64,000 nt of DNA from Candidatus Omnitrophota bacterium. GTDB taxonomy: Bacteria; Omnitrophota; Gorgyraeia; JAZDFF01. The stretch lies in the NCBI GenBank assembly GCA_043808095.1, contig JAZDFF010000001.1, positions 1,628 through 65,627 of the forward strand, in the 5' to 3' direction. A model generated the notes under the pieces. It was not told the origin of the DNA. It ran no database searches and saw only the letters and a program-made list of their open reading frames with translations. Made by a program: the position numbers and the translations under genes. Of the stretch, positions 1 to 9,390 are shown one piece after another; positions within the stretch are counted from its first letter, which is position 1, and every line of letters starts with the position of its first letter.

Positions 1-1
1 A

Positions 2-439
2 GGGGATTTTAAAGAGGCCAGAGGCCGATATGAAAAAATTATTAAAGAATTTCCTAATTGCCGATTTCAAAGCGTAGTTTATCTACGGCTGGGTGAAATA
101 GCCTTAAAAGAAGGAAGGTGGCTTGACGCCAATCGGATTTTCATGAAGATAATTAAAGATTATCGTTTAAGTTTCGAGGCCGAGCAAAGCAGATTGTTTT
201 TGGCCAGTGATAATTTTTTTACGCTGCAGGCAGGCGCATTCTTAGATGAGGCAAAGGCTAAAAACCTTTCCCTGAAATTGATAAATCAAGGGTATAAGGA
301 TGTGTATATCTCTACTCTGGAAAAAGACGGCCGGGTTTTTTATCGGGTAAGGGTCGGTAAACTGAATACCCGTAAAGACGCCCAGGATCTAAAGTACAGA
401 CTCGAGACCGCAGGCTATAAAGCAGCCATCTATCCGTAG
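2..439 (+). CDS. TPR + C-terminal SPOR domain protein (5' truncated by window edge)
   Basis: The frame is open from base 2 (GDFKEARGRYEKIIKEFP...YLRLGE, TPR-like). The C-terminus FTLQAGAF...YRVRVG is SPOR-like. Confidence 0.8.
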   Translation, partial: GDFKEARGRYEKIIKEFPNCRFQSVVYLRLGEIALKEGRWLDANRIFMKIIKDYRLSFEAEQSRLFLASDNFFTLQAGAFLDEAKAKNLSLKLINQGYKDVYISTLEKDGRVFYRVRVGKLNTRKDAQDLKYRLETAGYKAAIYP

Positions 440-529
440 CTGTATAATTCAAGAGATGTGATTACAATCTGAAAGACATAGTCAGGGTAGCGATACTCGT
501 CTAACGTTGTCGAATCTGGTATCGATACT

Positions 530-622
530 AGATATTAGATGCCAGATACTAGATAACAAAATACTAACTTCTAAAACGAGCATCGATACGAGCATCCATA
601 CCGCAAAACTAGCCTCGAAACC
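530..622. repeat. 93-bp intergenic repeat; inverted homolog at 15679-15771
   Basis: 530-574 vs the reverse complement of 15727-15771: 41/45 identical. The two segments are colinear without gaps over 93 bp. Confidence 0.75.
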
Positions 623-681
623 GAAAGATTGCTAATATTACTTTCAATCAATACGACTAAATTGTTTTTTCAGAAAGGTTA

Positions 682-1602
682 ATGCAAAAAAAGGTCATCT
701 TTATTGTCGGACCCACCGCAGTCGGTAAGACCGAAGTCGCCAGTTTTCTATCCCGCAAAGTTAAGGTTGAGGTTATATCCTGTGACTCCATGCAGGTTTA
801 TAAGGGCATGGGCCTGATTAGCGCCGCACCGTCTAAATCCGTATTAAAGAAGCTAAAACATCATTTAGTAGGAGTACTTTCTCCGGAAAAAGAATACTCG
901 GTAGCAGATTTTATCATTAGGGCAAAAAAGATAATCGGCTCCATCCATAAAAAAGGCAAAATCCCCCTGATTGTAGGCGGTAGCGGCCTTTATATGAAGG
1001 CGCTTTTAGATGGAATATTTGAAGGGCCGCCGGCAAATGAGAAATTGCGTCGATACCTTTATGCACAGGCCAAAAAATATGGCAGTCAATACCTCCACAA
1101 AAAATTAGAACGTGTTGACCCTCAGGCCGCTTCGCGTATCCATCATTCTGATACAAAAAGGATTATCCGGGCCCTTGAGGTATTTAAACTCACCCAAGAG
1201 CCGATTTCAAGACTGCAAAAGAGAAGTCGGGGATTACTAGAAGATTACGACGTCAGGATATTCGGACTTAATCTAGGCCGCCAGAAACTTTATGAGCGCA
1301 TTGACAGCCGGGTTGATGAGATGTTTAGAAGAGGTCTGCTCAAGGAGGTCAAATCACTTTTAAAAAAGAAACTAAGCAAGACCGCCGGAAAAATTATCGG
1401 GATAAGTGAGATTAAGGGGTATCTGGATGCTAGATACGCCCTAGAAGAGGCCCTGCGCCTCGTAAAAAGAAATACCCGCCATTACGCCAAGAGACAGCTA
1501 ACTTGGTTTAGAAAAGATAAGCGGATAAAATGGATTGATGTCGAGGATAAATCCCCAGGGCAAATAGCACACATTATTTTAAACAGATTAAGAAAATATT
1601 AA
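682..1602 (+). CDS. miaA: tRNA dimethylallyltransferase
   Basis: GPTAVGKT, DSMQVY, VGGSGLY and YAKRQLTWF motifs. Confidence 0.97.
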   Translation: MQKKVIFIVGPTAVGKTEVASFLSRKVKVEVISCDSMQVYKGMGLISAAPSKSVLKKLKHHLVGVLSPEKEYSVADFIIRAKKIIGSIHKKGKIPLIVGGSGLYMKALLDGIFEGPPANEKLRRYLYAQAKKYGSQYLHKKLERVDPQAASRIHHSDTKRIIRALEVFKLTQEPISRLQKRSRGLLEDYDVRIFGLNLGRQKLYERIDSRVDEMFRRGLLKEVKSLLKKKLSKTAGKIIGISEIKGYLDARYALEEALRLVKRNTRHYAKRQLTWFRKDKRIKWIDVEDKSPGQIAHIILNRLRKY

Positions 1603-1611
1603 ACAAGATTT

Positions 1612-1695
1612 CTTAACACAGCTTTACACTGATTGCACACGAATTTACACAAATAAATTCGTGTAGATTTGTGTGAAATTAGTGTCTATTCGTGG
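1612..1695. repeat. Periodic inverted repeat (CACGAAT/ATTCGTG family); relative at 45183-45348
   Basis: Left arm cacacgaatttacacaaat; right arm attcgtgtagatttgtgtgaaattagtgtctattcgtg. Confidence 0.7.
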
Positions 1696-1699
1696 ATTT

Positions 1700-2947
1700 A
1701 TGGAACGCACCTTACTTGTAACCGTAAAATCAGACCGTGATAAAGACGCCTTTAGTCCGAAGGACCAGGAGCAGGAATTGATGGAACTGGCCAAGACCGC
1801 CGGAGCGCATGTTGAGGATTATATTATCTGCAGCCGGGACAAGTTAACATCCGGTTTATATATCGGAAGAGGCAAGGCCCAGGAGATTGCTTTACTCTGT
1901 CAGGAAAATTCCATTGATACCATAATTTTCAATAACGACCTTTCAGGAACTCAGCAGAGAAACTTAGAGGAGATTATTAATAGAAAGACCATTGACCGTA
2001 CCCAGCTTATCCTGGATATCTTTGTGCGGCATGCCCACTCGCCTGAGGCAAGCCTACAGGTAGAACTGGCGCAACTGGAATATTTATTGCCGCGCCTTAC
2101 CGGTAAAGGAATCTTTCTTTCCCGTCTGGGCGGCGGCATCGGGACCCGCGGCCCGGGTGAAACCAAATTAGAAGTGGACAGGCGCCGCATCCGCCGGCGA
2201 ATCACTAAAATAAGCCATGATTTAGAAACAGTTAGGATGCGCCGGCAGGCATTACGCAAACAGAGGAAGGAATCGTGTATTGCTAGCGTTTCTTTGGTCG
2301 GCTATACCAATGCCGGAAAGACTAGCCTTTTAAATACCCTCACCCAGGAAAACCAGTCAGTCAGAGAAAGCCTGTTTACTACCTTAGACACCTTATCGCG
2401 CAGTTTTAAGCTTCCCAACCACCAAAAGATTGTTACCTCTGATACCGTAGGTTTTCTGCAAAATCTTCCGCATCATCTTATCGAGGCCTTTAAGGCTACA
2501 TTAGACGAGGTAAAGGAGGCAGATCTTCTTATCCATGTCCTGGATGTCAGTCATCCACTGGCATATGAAAGAAGCAAGGCCGTCCTGAAGGTCTTAAAAG
2601 AACTGGGCGCAGACCAAAAACCCACAATCACGGCCTTGAATAAGATTGATAAACTTGCGGATAGAGACTGGCTGGTTCGCTATCATCATGATTTCCCTAA
2701 TGCCGTGACCATATCCGCCAAGACCAGAGAAAATCTGGATGAGCTGCTTGATAAGATTGAGGAGGAATTAAGGGATTCATTCTTAGCGGTCGAGCTAACC
2801 ATCCCTATTGAAAAGATGGCCTTGGTGGATTTAATATATCGAGAAGGTCAGGTTAAGTCCATTGAATATAGCGAAAAAGGAGTCAAGATAGAGGCAGTTC
2901 TGCCTGCTCTAACAATAAGTAAATTAAGCGCTTATATAAAAAGTTAG
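1700..2947 (+). CDS. hflX: GTPase HflX
   Basis: GGGIGTRGPGETKLE, GYTNAGKT, DTVGF and NKID motifs. ATG 1700 preferred because the upstream GTG lies in a repeat. Confidence 0.97.
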   Translation: MERTLLVTVKSDRDKDAFSPKDQEQELMELAKTAGAHVEDYIICSRDKLTSGLYIGRGKAQEIALLCQENSIDTIIFNNDLSGTQQRNLEEIINRKTIDRTQLILDIFVRHAHSPEASLQVELAQLEYLLPRLTGKGIFLSRLGGGIGTRGPGETKLEVDRRRIRRRITKISHDLETVRMRRQALRKQRKESCIASVSLVGYTNAGKTSLLNTLTQENQSVRESLFTTLDTLSRSFKLPNHQKIVTSDTVGFLQNLPHHLIEAFKATLDEVKEADLLIHVLDVSHPLAYERSKAVLKVLKELGADQKPTITALNKIDKLADRDWLVRYHHDFPNAVTISAKTRENLDELLDKIEEELRDSFLAVELTIPIEKMALVDLIYREGQVKSIEYSEKGVKIEAVLPALTISKLSAYIKS

Positions 2948-2975
2948 AATACCTAATAAAAATCATTAGAATATC

Positions 2976-3004
2976 TTGACAAAATAGTTAAGTTATGTTA
3001 TACT
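2976..3004 (+). promoter_or_regulatory. sigma70-type promoter
   Basis: TTGACA-17 nt-TATACT. Confidence 0.75.
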
Positions 3005-3006
3005 TC

Positions 3007-3226
3007 AAATGAAACCCAAACTTACGGAACACAGTGACTGTAAGTTTGCTGGCTGAATTTTGCAACACTAATTTTACTGATAGTACGAATTTCTAAAAAG
3101 ACTAGTTTTTTAAAATCAAACTCATATATTTACTCCTGCATTTTTAGTAAAATTAGTGTTGGATTCAATTCGCCCCTGCTGTTTCGCTTTGTGAAGTGAA
3201 GCGAAACAAAGCGACAGGGGCTCATT
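3007..3226 (+). repeat. Multi-hairpin element (AAATGAAGCCCAAACTTACGG...GCTCATT family)
   Basis: Relatives at 21616-21766, 22216-22456, 52241-52312 and 58730-58886; reversed at 43362-43502 and 47519-47584. Confidence 0.75.
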
Positions 3227-3230
3227 ACAG

Positions 3231-3503
3231 GTGACTAAGATGCCTTTATTTGATATCCATATCAGCCCGGATGAGCCGGTATATGTAATAAGCGTGGTGA
3301 GTAAATTGGTGGATTTGCCGGCGTGGACCTTACGGCAGCTGGACAAGTGTGGAATTGTTTGTCCTAAGAGGATTGGGAAAAAGAGCAGGCTTTATTCTTT
3401 AAAGGATGTCAAAAAATTGGAGTACGTGCATTATCTTATGGAAGAAAGACGCGTAAACATTAGCGGCATCAGAATAATTTTGGAAATGGAAGTTAAGGAA
3501 TAA
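3231..3503 (+). CDS. MerR-family HTH regulator, HspR-like
   Basis: DEPVYVISVVSKLVDLPAWTLRQLD...RLYS; lies next to the dnaK cluster. Confidence 0.8.
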   Translation: MTKMPLFDIHISPDEPVYVISVVSKLVDLPAWTLRQLDKCGIVCPKRIGKKSRLYSLKDVKKLEYVHYLMEERRVNISGIRIILEMEVKE

Positions 3504-3520
3504 ATTTTTTTGACTTATTG

Positions 3521-3547
3521 TTAGCGCTCTCATGATGTGAGTGCTAA
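3521..3547. promoter_or_regulatory. CIRCE (HrcA operator)
   Basis: TTAGCGCTC-N9-GAGTGCTAA, one mismatch to TTAGCACTC-N9-GAGTGCTAA, upstream of hrcA. Confidence 0.9.
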
Positions 3548-3668
3548 AAAAGAGCTATTATGATTGCTCAGAAAAAAAAGAAGATTACAAAGATGGATTT
3601 TTGTTTTGCTAATCTGTGTAATCATACTGAAAAATCTGTGTAATCGTTTTAAAATGAGATTAGATAAA

Positions 3669-3812
3669 TTGACACATTCGACTTCGCTCAGTGTCAAACC
3701 TGCCTCCCTCGGGACCGAGCCCCTCTCGGAATGGTTCCTCGGGACGAGGTCGCACCGAGTGTTTGGAAAACAGATATGCTCGGCACGAGGTGAGCATGGC
3801 CGAAAGGTTTGA
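3669..3812. mobile_element. TTCGAC..GCTCA hairpin element (REP/MITE-like) with nested inserts, flanked by duplicated TTGA
   Basis: TTGA-CAC-ATTCGACTTCGCTCA-GTGTCAAACCT...GAGCATGGCCGAA-AGGT-TTGA. Confidence 0.65.
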
Positions 3813-3836
3813 CAAACAAATAATTTGTGCTAAAAT
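3809..3836 (+). promoter_or_regulatory. sigma70-type promoter of hrcA operon
   Basis: TTGACA-16 nt-TAAAAT with TG extension. Confidence 0.65.
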
Positions 3837-3881
3837 TATACTTCTGCGTTTTAAAGTCAAGAGTTCTACCAAGGGACAAAC

Positions 3882-4619
3882 ATGGTAAGAATAGTTGATT
3901 ATGACCAAAGAAGAAGGCTGGTCCTTGCCGCAACTATAAATAGGTATATTAAAGAGGCTAATCCTATTTCTTCTCTAGACATTGCCAAGGATTTTGACCT
4001 GAGCCCGGCTACCATAAGGAATATCTTCGCGGATTTGGAAGAAGCCGGTTACTTAACCCATCCTTATACCTCAGGAGGCAGGATTCCTACCGGTAAAGGC
4101 TACCGTTATTACGTGGATTTTCTTATTTCTCAGATGGAGCTCTTAGAAGGCGAGAAATATAAGATTCTTCGCCAATATCAGGATCAGGCTAATCAATTAG
4201 AGGAGATTCTGGATAAGACCTCGGATTTGATTGCCCAGGTTACGCATTATGCCGGCATCGCCTCATTTTTAGACAGGCAGGACAAATTTTCTTATAGAGG
4301 TATAAGTTTCGTCCTAAATCAGCCGGAGTTTCAAGATTTCCGGCGGGTACGTTTTTTAATCAACCTCATTGAAGATAAGCAACAGTTGCTTAATATCATT
4401 AACCGGGATTTTTCACAGAAGACCAGAGTTTATATCGGTCAGGAATTGGACTATCCTGAGATGGAAAGTTATTCTCTGGTGGTTTCAAGTTTTGGCTCAA
4501 AAAAAAGGCCCTTGGGAAGACTGGCGGTCTTAGGCCCGATGCGCATGGAATATAATCATATCATTCCGGCGCTGGAATATATTTCAAACGCGCTCTCGGA
4601 TGTAATCGAGGATTTTTAA
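3882..4619 (+). CDS. hrcA: Heat-inducible repressor HrcA (short form)
   Basis: SPATIRN...LEEAGYLTHPYTSGGRIPTGKGYRYYVD; C-terminal LGPMRMEY. Confidence 0.92.
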   Translation: MVRIVDYDQRRRLVLAATINRYIKEANPISSLDIAKDFDLSPATIRNIFADLEEAGYLTHPYTSGGRIPTGKGYRYYVDFLISQMELLEGEKYKILRQYQDQANQLEEILDKTSDLIAQVTHYAGIASFLDRQDKFSYRGISFVLNQPEFQDFRRVRFLINLIEDKQQLLNIINRDFSQKTRVYIGQELDYPEMESYSLVVSSFGSKKRPLGRLAVLGPMRMEYNHIIPALEYISNALSDVIEDF

Positions 4620-4632
4620 CCCCCCTTTAAAT

Positions 4633-5217
4633 ATGCTTAATAATAAACCGGATTCAAAAAAAGAAGAAAAAAACACCGAGCCCCTGGCTAAAAAAGAAGA
4701 GCAGGTGGTTACACTTGGTGAGTCCGAGTACGTGAAATTAAAGGAGGAGGCGGATAAATCCAAAGAATATTGGGATAAAATCTTGAGGCTTCAGGCGGAT
4801 TTTGACAATATGCGTAAGCGCCAGGAAAAAGAAAGACAGGATTTTATCAAATTTGCCAATGAGGATATTATTCTGGAATTACTTAATGTCCTGGATGATC
4901 TTGAGCGCACGGTTTGTCTGGCGCAGTCTAAACACCAGGATTTGTCGGCATTCTTAAAAGGGGTTGAGATGATTCTGGCGCACCTTTATGACCTATTAAA
5001 AAAATACGGAGTAAAACCCATTGAGGCCGAAGGGAAAATCTTCAACCCGCATTTTCATGAGGCGCTGATGCAGGTTGAGGATAAAAATGTGCCCGAGCAT
5101 ACTATAGTCGAAGAATTACAAAAAGGTTATTTATTGAATGAGAAGGTAATCAGGTTTTCTAAGGTAAGGGTTTCGACTTTAAAGAGAACAGAAGAGAGAA
5201 AGGAAGAAAAAACATAA
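4633..5217 (+). CDS. grpE: Nucleotide exchange factor GrpE
   Basis: LRLQADFDNMRKR, FNPHFHEA and QKGY motifs. Confidence 0.97.
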   Translation: MLNNKPDSKKEEKNTEPLAKKEEQVVTLGESEYVKLKEEADKSKEYWDKILRLQADFDNMRKRQEKERQDFIKFANEDIILELLNVLDDLERTVCLAQSKHQDLSAFLKGVEMILAHLYDLLKKYGVKPIEAEGKIFNPHFHEALMQVEDKNVPEHTIVEELQKGYLLNEKVIRFSKVRVSTLKRTEERKEEKT

Positions 5218-5315
5218 AGGAGTATCTGGGATGTCCCTCGCCCCTTAATTTGAGCGAAGGGGGGGGCTCGGGATCAAATTCATCTAGCTTCGCTCGATAA
5301 ATTCGAGAGGTTAAA

Positions 5316-7250
5316 ATGGCAAAGATAATCGGAATTGACTTAGGAACTTCAAACTCTGCAGCTGCGGTTATGGAAGGCGGACGTCCTGTAATTATTCCGT
5401 CTGCTGAAGGAGCAGGCGTGGCTTCAGGCAAGGCATTCCCTTCATACGTGGCTTTTACCAAAGACGGCCAGCGTCTCGTAGGTGAACCGGCAAGAAGACA
5501 AGCTGCCATAAACCCTGAAGGGACGATTCAGGCAGCCAAACGCAAGATGGGCACTGACTTTAAATTTAAGCCCTTTGGTAAAGAATATACTCCGCAGCAG
5601 ATTTCTGCGTTTATCTTACAGAAGATAAAGCAGGATGCCGAAGGTTATCTTGGCGATAAGGTTGAAGAGGCGGTTATTACCTGTCCTGCTTATTTTGATG
5701 ATAATCAGAGGACGGCTACCAAAGACGCCGGAGAGATTGCCGGTTTAAAAGTTTTACGTATTATCAATGAACCCACTGCTGCCTGTCTTGCCTACGGACT
5801 TGAAAAGGCGGGTAAGGAATTAAAGATCCTGGTTTTTGATTTTGGCGGCGGTACACTCGATGTCACCATTATGGAGATGTGGAAAGAAGGCGGTTTCAAG
5901 GTTATGGCCACGAGCGGCGATACCCAGCTTGGCGGAACCGATATGGATAATACCTTAATCGATTATATTGCCAAGGAGTTTAAACGCGAGACCGGCATTG
6001 ACCTAAAGAATGACAAGATGGCCATACAGCGACTTCGCGAGGCCGCAGAAAAAGCCAAGGTTGAGCTTTCAAGCACGCTTACTACGGATATCAATCTTCC
6101 TTTTATTACCGCGGATGCCACCGGCCCCAAGCATTTGACCATGAGTATCAACCGGGCAAAGCTGGAAGAGTTAATCAGCCCGATAATCGAAAGATGTCGC
6201 GGCCCGCTTGAGCAGGCCTTAAAGGATGCCAAAGAGGCATTCAAAAAAGAAGGCGTGGATTTTTCCGATAAAGGAGTGGATAGGATTATCATGGTCGGCG
6301 GCCCCACCCGGATGCCGGTAGTACAAAAATTCGTCGAGGATTATTTTGGCAAAAAGATCGAGCGCGGAGTCGATCCCATGGAATGCGTGGCCATGGGCGC
6401 TGCAATTCAGGCCGCGATTATTAAGGGCGATGTGAAGGATGTATTATTACTGGATGTTACGCCGCTTTCTTTGGGAATCGAAACCTTAGGGAGAGTCAAT
6501 ACCAGATTAATCGACAGAAATACCACTATCCCCACGAGAAAAAGTCAGATATTTTCGACAGCAGCAGATAACCAGACTGCGGTAACAGTGCGGGTTTTAC
6601 AGGGAGAGCGCCCTATGGCAGATGACAACGTGGAGCTCGGGCGTTTTGATTTAGTCGGCATACCTGCTGCGCCGCGCGGTGTGCCCCAGGTAGAAGTTTC
6701 TTTTGATATCGATGCCAATGGTATCGTGCATGTCGCAGCCAAGGACTTAGGCACGGGCAAAGAGCAATCCATCCGTATCACCGCACCTAAGAAACTTTCA
6801 AAAGAAGAGATTGATAAGATGGTTAGAGACGCGGAAAAATTCGCCTCTGAGGATTCCAAGAAAAAAGAAGAAGTCGAGGCGATTAACCAGGCAGATAACC
6901 TTGTTTATGCCACGGAAAAATCGCTTAAGGACTTCGGAGATAAGGTCAGTCAAGGCGAGCGCGCTGACATCGAGTCAAAGCTCAATGACCTGAAGACTGC
7001 AATAAAAGATAAAAACGTCGACAGGATTAAACGCGCCTCAGAAGAATTAACTAAGGCTTCGCATAAACTGGCGGAAGAGATTTACAAACAGGCAGCAGCC
7101 AAACAAAAAGGCCAATCTCAGGGCCCGGATGCCGGGCCTGGGCAGGAAGGACCCGAAGGTGAAAAGTCCGCAAAAGGCGGATCCGCTTCCGGCGGAAGAA
7201 AAGACGAAGACATCATTGACGCGGAATATAAGGAAGAAGACGGAAAATAG
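5316..7250 (+). CDS. dnaK: Chaperone DnaK
   Basis: [17 protein letters not shown] and [11 protein letters not shown] motifs. Confidence 0.99.
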   Translation: MAKIIGIDLGTSNSAAAVMEGGRPVIIPSAEGAGVASGKAFPSYVAFTKDGQRLVGEPARRQAAINPEGTIQAAKRKMGTDFKFKPFGKEYTPQQISAFILQKIKQDAEGYLGDKVEEAVITCPAYFDDNQRTATKDAGEIAGLKVLRIINEPTAACLAYGLEKAGKELKILVFDFGGGTLDVTIMEMWKEGGFKVMATSGDTQLGGTDMDNTLIDYIAKEFKRETGIDLKNDKMAIQRLREAAEKAKVELSSTLTTDINLPFITADATGPKHLTMSINRAKLEELISPIIERCRGPLEQALKDAKEAFKKEGVDFSDKGVDRIIMVGGPTRMPVVQKFVEDYFGKKIERGVDPMECVAMGAAIQAAIIKGDVKDVLLLDVTPLSLGIETLGRVNTRLIDRNTTIPTRKSQIFSTAADNQTAVTVRVLQGERPMADDNVELGRFDLVGIPAAPRGVPQVEVSFDIDANGIVHVAAKDLGTGKEQSIRITAPKKLSKEEIDKMVRDAEKFASEDSKKKEEVEAINQADNLVYATEKSLKDFGDKVSQGERADIESKLNDLKTAIKDKNVDRIKRASEELTKASHKLAEEIYKQAAAKQKGQSQGPDAGPGQEGPEGEKSAKGGSASGGRKDEDIIDAEYKEEDGK

Positions 7251-7411
7251 CAAAATTCGAAATCCGAATATCGAATATCGAAACAATTTTCAAATGACCA
7301 AAATTCAAATGTCCAAAACAAAAAATTTTGAAATTAGAACATTAGAAGATTCGAATTTGTTTCGAATTTCGCCTGCCTGCCGTCAGGCAGGGTTTTCGTG
7401 CTTCGGATTTA
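7251..7411. repeat. Heptamer-periodic inverted repeat with nested CCTGCCTGCCG..CAGGCAGG hairpin
   Basis: aaattcg-aaatccg-aatatcg-aatatcg...ttcgtgcttcggattt. The nested hairpin recurs at ~10912-10931 and ~17773-17790. Confidence 0.75.
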
Positions 7412-7418
7412 AACTACG

Positions 7419-8549
7419 ATGTCTACAAAGCGTGATTACTACGAAATATTGGGTGTAAAAAAGAGCGCCTCCTTAGAGGAGATAAAAAAGGCTTACCGGG
7501 AGATGGCCTTGCGTTATCATCCTGACCGGGTTGAGGCCTCCCAGAAAAAAGAGGCCGAGGAGAAATTTAAAGAAATATCCGAGGCCTATGCGGTTTTGTC
7601 CGATGCCCAGAAGCGTGCCCTTTATGATCAATACGGCCATGCCGGCATCGATCAAAAATACACCTACGAAGATATCTTTAAAGGTGCTGATTTTAGCTCT
7701 ATCTTTGAAGGGCTGTCGGATTTTGGTTTTGGCGGAGGGTTATTCGAAGAGATATTCGGCGATGCCGGTTTTAATATATTCGGCACAAGGAGCGGCCGGG
7801 GCGCTAGAAGGGTCACGCGCGGGAGAGATATTGAATATTCTGTGAGTATTTCTCTTGAAGACGCCTATCAGGGCAAAGAGATATCCATACAGGTCCCGCG
7901 TTATGAGATTTGTAAGGTCTGTTCAGGCCAAGGCGCAAAACCCGGAACCAAGAAGACCACCTGTCCTCAGTGTAAGGGCAGAGGCCAGGTTGTGGTCTCA
8001 AGCGGTTTCTTCCAACTTGCCCAGACTTGTCCAGGGTGCCGAGGACAGGGTTCAATAATAAGTACGCCTTGTACAAACTGCCGGGGAGAAGGCAGAATTA
8101 AGGCCGTACATAAACTCCAGGTAAAGATCCCTCCGGGAGTTGACAGCGGCTCAAGCCTGCGTTTAAAAAGAGAAGGCGAAGAGGGCATTGATGCCAAGGG
8201 CGATCTCTATGTTATCATCGATGTAAAGGAGCATCCGGTATTTGCGCGCCATCACGATGATATTTACCTTGAGGTAGACGTAGATATGGTTACTGCCTGT
8301 TTAGGAGGAGAATTAGACGTACGTACCTTAAATGGCAATGTTTTAATGAAGGTGCCGCCGGGCACACAGCCGGGAAAGATATTCCGCCTAAAAGGACGAG
8401 GCATGCCTCAATTGCACGGTTATGGCAGGGGCGATGAGCTGGTTAAAGTAAATGTAACCATACCCACGAGTTTAACGTTAGAGCAGAAAAAAGTCCTGGA
8501 AGAATTCAGCCGTGTAAGCGGAAAGAATTTTGGGAAGTTTAATAGATAA
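7419..8549 (+). CDS. dnaJ: Chaperone DnaJ
   Basis: J domain with HPD and four CxxCxGxG repeats. Confidence 0.98.
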   Translation: MSTKRDYYEILGVKKSASLEEIKKAYREMALRYHPDRVEASQKKEAEEKFKEISEAYAVLSDAQKRALYDQYGHAGIDQKYTYEDIFKGADFSSIFEGLSDFGFGGGLFEEIFGDAGFNIFGTRSGRGARRVTRGRDIEYSVSISLEDAYQGKEISIQVPRYEICKVCSGQGAKPGTKKTTCPQCKGRGQVVVSSGFFQLAQTCPGCRGQGSIISTPCTNCRGEGRIKAVHKLQVKIPPGVDSGSSLRLKREGEEGIDAKGDLYVIIDVKEHPVFARHHDDIYLEVDVDMVTACLGGELDVRTLNGNVLMKVPPGTQPGKIFRLKGRGMPQLHGYGRGDELVKVNVTIPTSLTLEQKKVLEEFSRVSGKNFGKFNR

Positions 8550-8619
8550 AATTAAGTAAGAATTTTTCACTGTTAACTGTAAACTGGTTACTGTAAACTA
8601 CCGAGCGAAACGAGGTCAA

Positions 8620-8892
8620 GTGCCTACCTACGATTTTGAATGCACAAATTGTAATCATCATTTTGAGGCTTTTCAGACGATGAGTGCTAAGCCCCTGGTG
8701 AACTGTCCTAAATGCCATAAGCCAAAACTAAAGAGGCTCATCGGCACTGGTAGCGGGGTTATCTTTAAAGGTTCGGGTTTTTATCAGACTGATTATAAAA
8801 ATAAACCAGTGACAAAAGACAAACAATCGAAATCATCAAAATCTTGCTCAACCTGTTCTTCGGACAGAAGTAGTTGCTCTACTTGTAAATAA
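8620..8892 (+). CDS. FmdB-family zinc-ribbon protein
   Basis: MPTYDFECTNC...CPKC...FKGSGFYQTDY. Confidence 0.9.
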   Translation: MPTYDFECTNCNHHFEAFQTMSAKPLVNCPKCHKPKLKRLIGTGSGVIFKGSGFYQTDYKNKPVTKDKQSKSSKSCSTCSSDRSSCSTCK

Positions 8893-9270
8893 ATGAAGAC
8901 CCTTTCCTTAAATTGGTTCCTAAAATATTGGCTTCCGGTAATTATCTATGCGGCTTTGATATTTTATGTCTCTTCAATCCCGCGACCAGAAATTCCCATT
9001 AAGATTATAAATATCGATAAGGTTTTGCATATTTTAGAATATCTACTCTTCGGTTTTTTAATAAAAAGGGCGCTTTCTGCCAATAGACTTTCTTTAGATT
9101 TTAAAAGACTGTCTGCTTTAACTATGCTGCTTTGTCTTTTGTATGGCCTAAGCGACGAATATCATCAATTTTTTATTCCTGGAAGACAGATGTCTGTTTT
9201 GGACGCTTATAGCGATGCCATCGGCGGATTATTGGGATCATTTTTTCATAGTCCATTGTTAACTAAATAA
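8893..9270 (+). CDS. VanZ-family membrane protein
   Basis: DKVLHILEY, SDEYHQFFIPGR...D motifs. Confidence 0.88.
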   Translation: MKTLSLNWFLKYWLPVIIYAALIFYVSSIPRPEIPIKIINIDKVLHILEYLLFGFLIKRALSANRLSLDFKRLSALTMLLCLLYGLSDEYHQFFIPGRQMSVLDAYSDAIGGLLGSFFHSPLLTK

Positions 9271-9283
9271 AGGTATGATTAAA

Positions 9284-9353
9284 ACACAGATTAGCACAGA
9301 TGTCTTCGGAAATATCTGTGCTAATCTGTTTCTTTTATCTGTGCCCATCTGTG
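9284..9353. repeat. CACAGATTAGCACAGAT / ATCTGTGCTAATCTGTG inverted repeat
   Basis: Relatives at 26297-26331, 39818-39922, 47305-47453, 63760-63805 and 3565-3645. Confidence 0.8.
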
Positions 9354-9390
9354 AATATGCAATCCTTATTTATCTTACATAGCATTATAG

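Noticed and set aside
3564-3933. Short ORFs 3564-3812, 3660-3908, 3691-3888 and 3694-3933
   Set aside because: They are translations of nested palindromic repeats, overlap on both strands and have no protein motifs.
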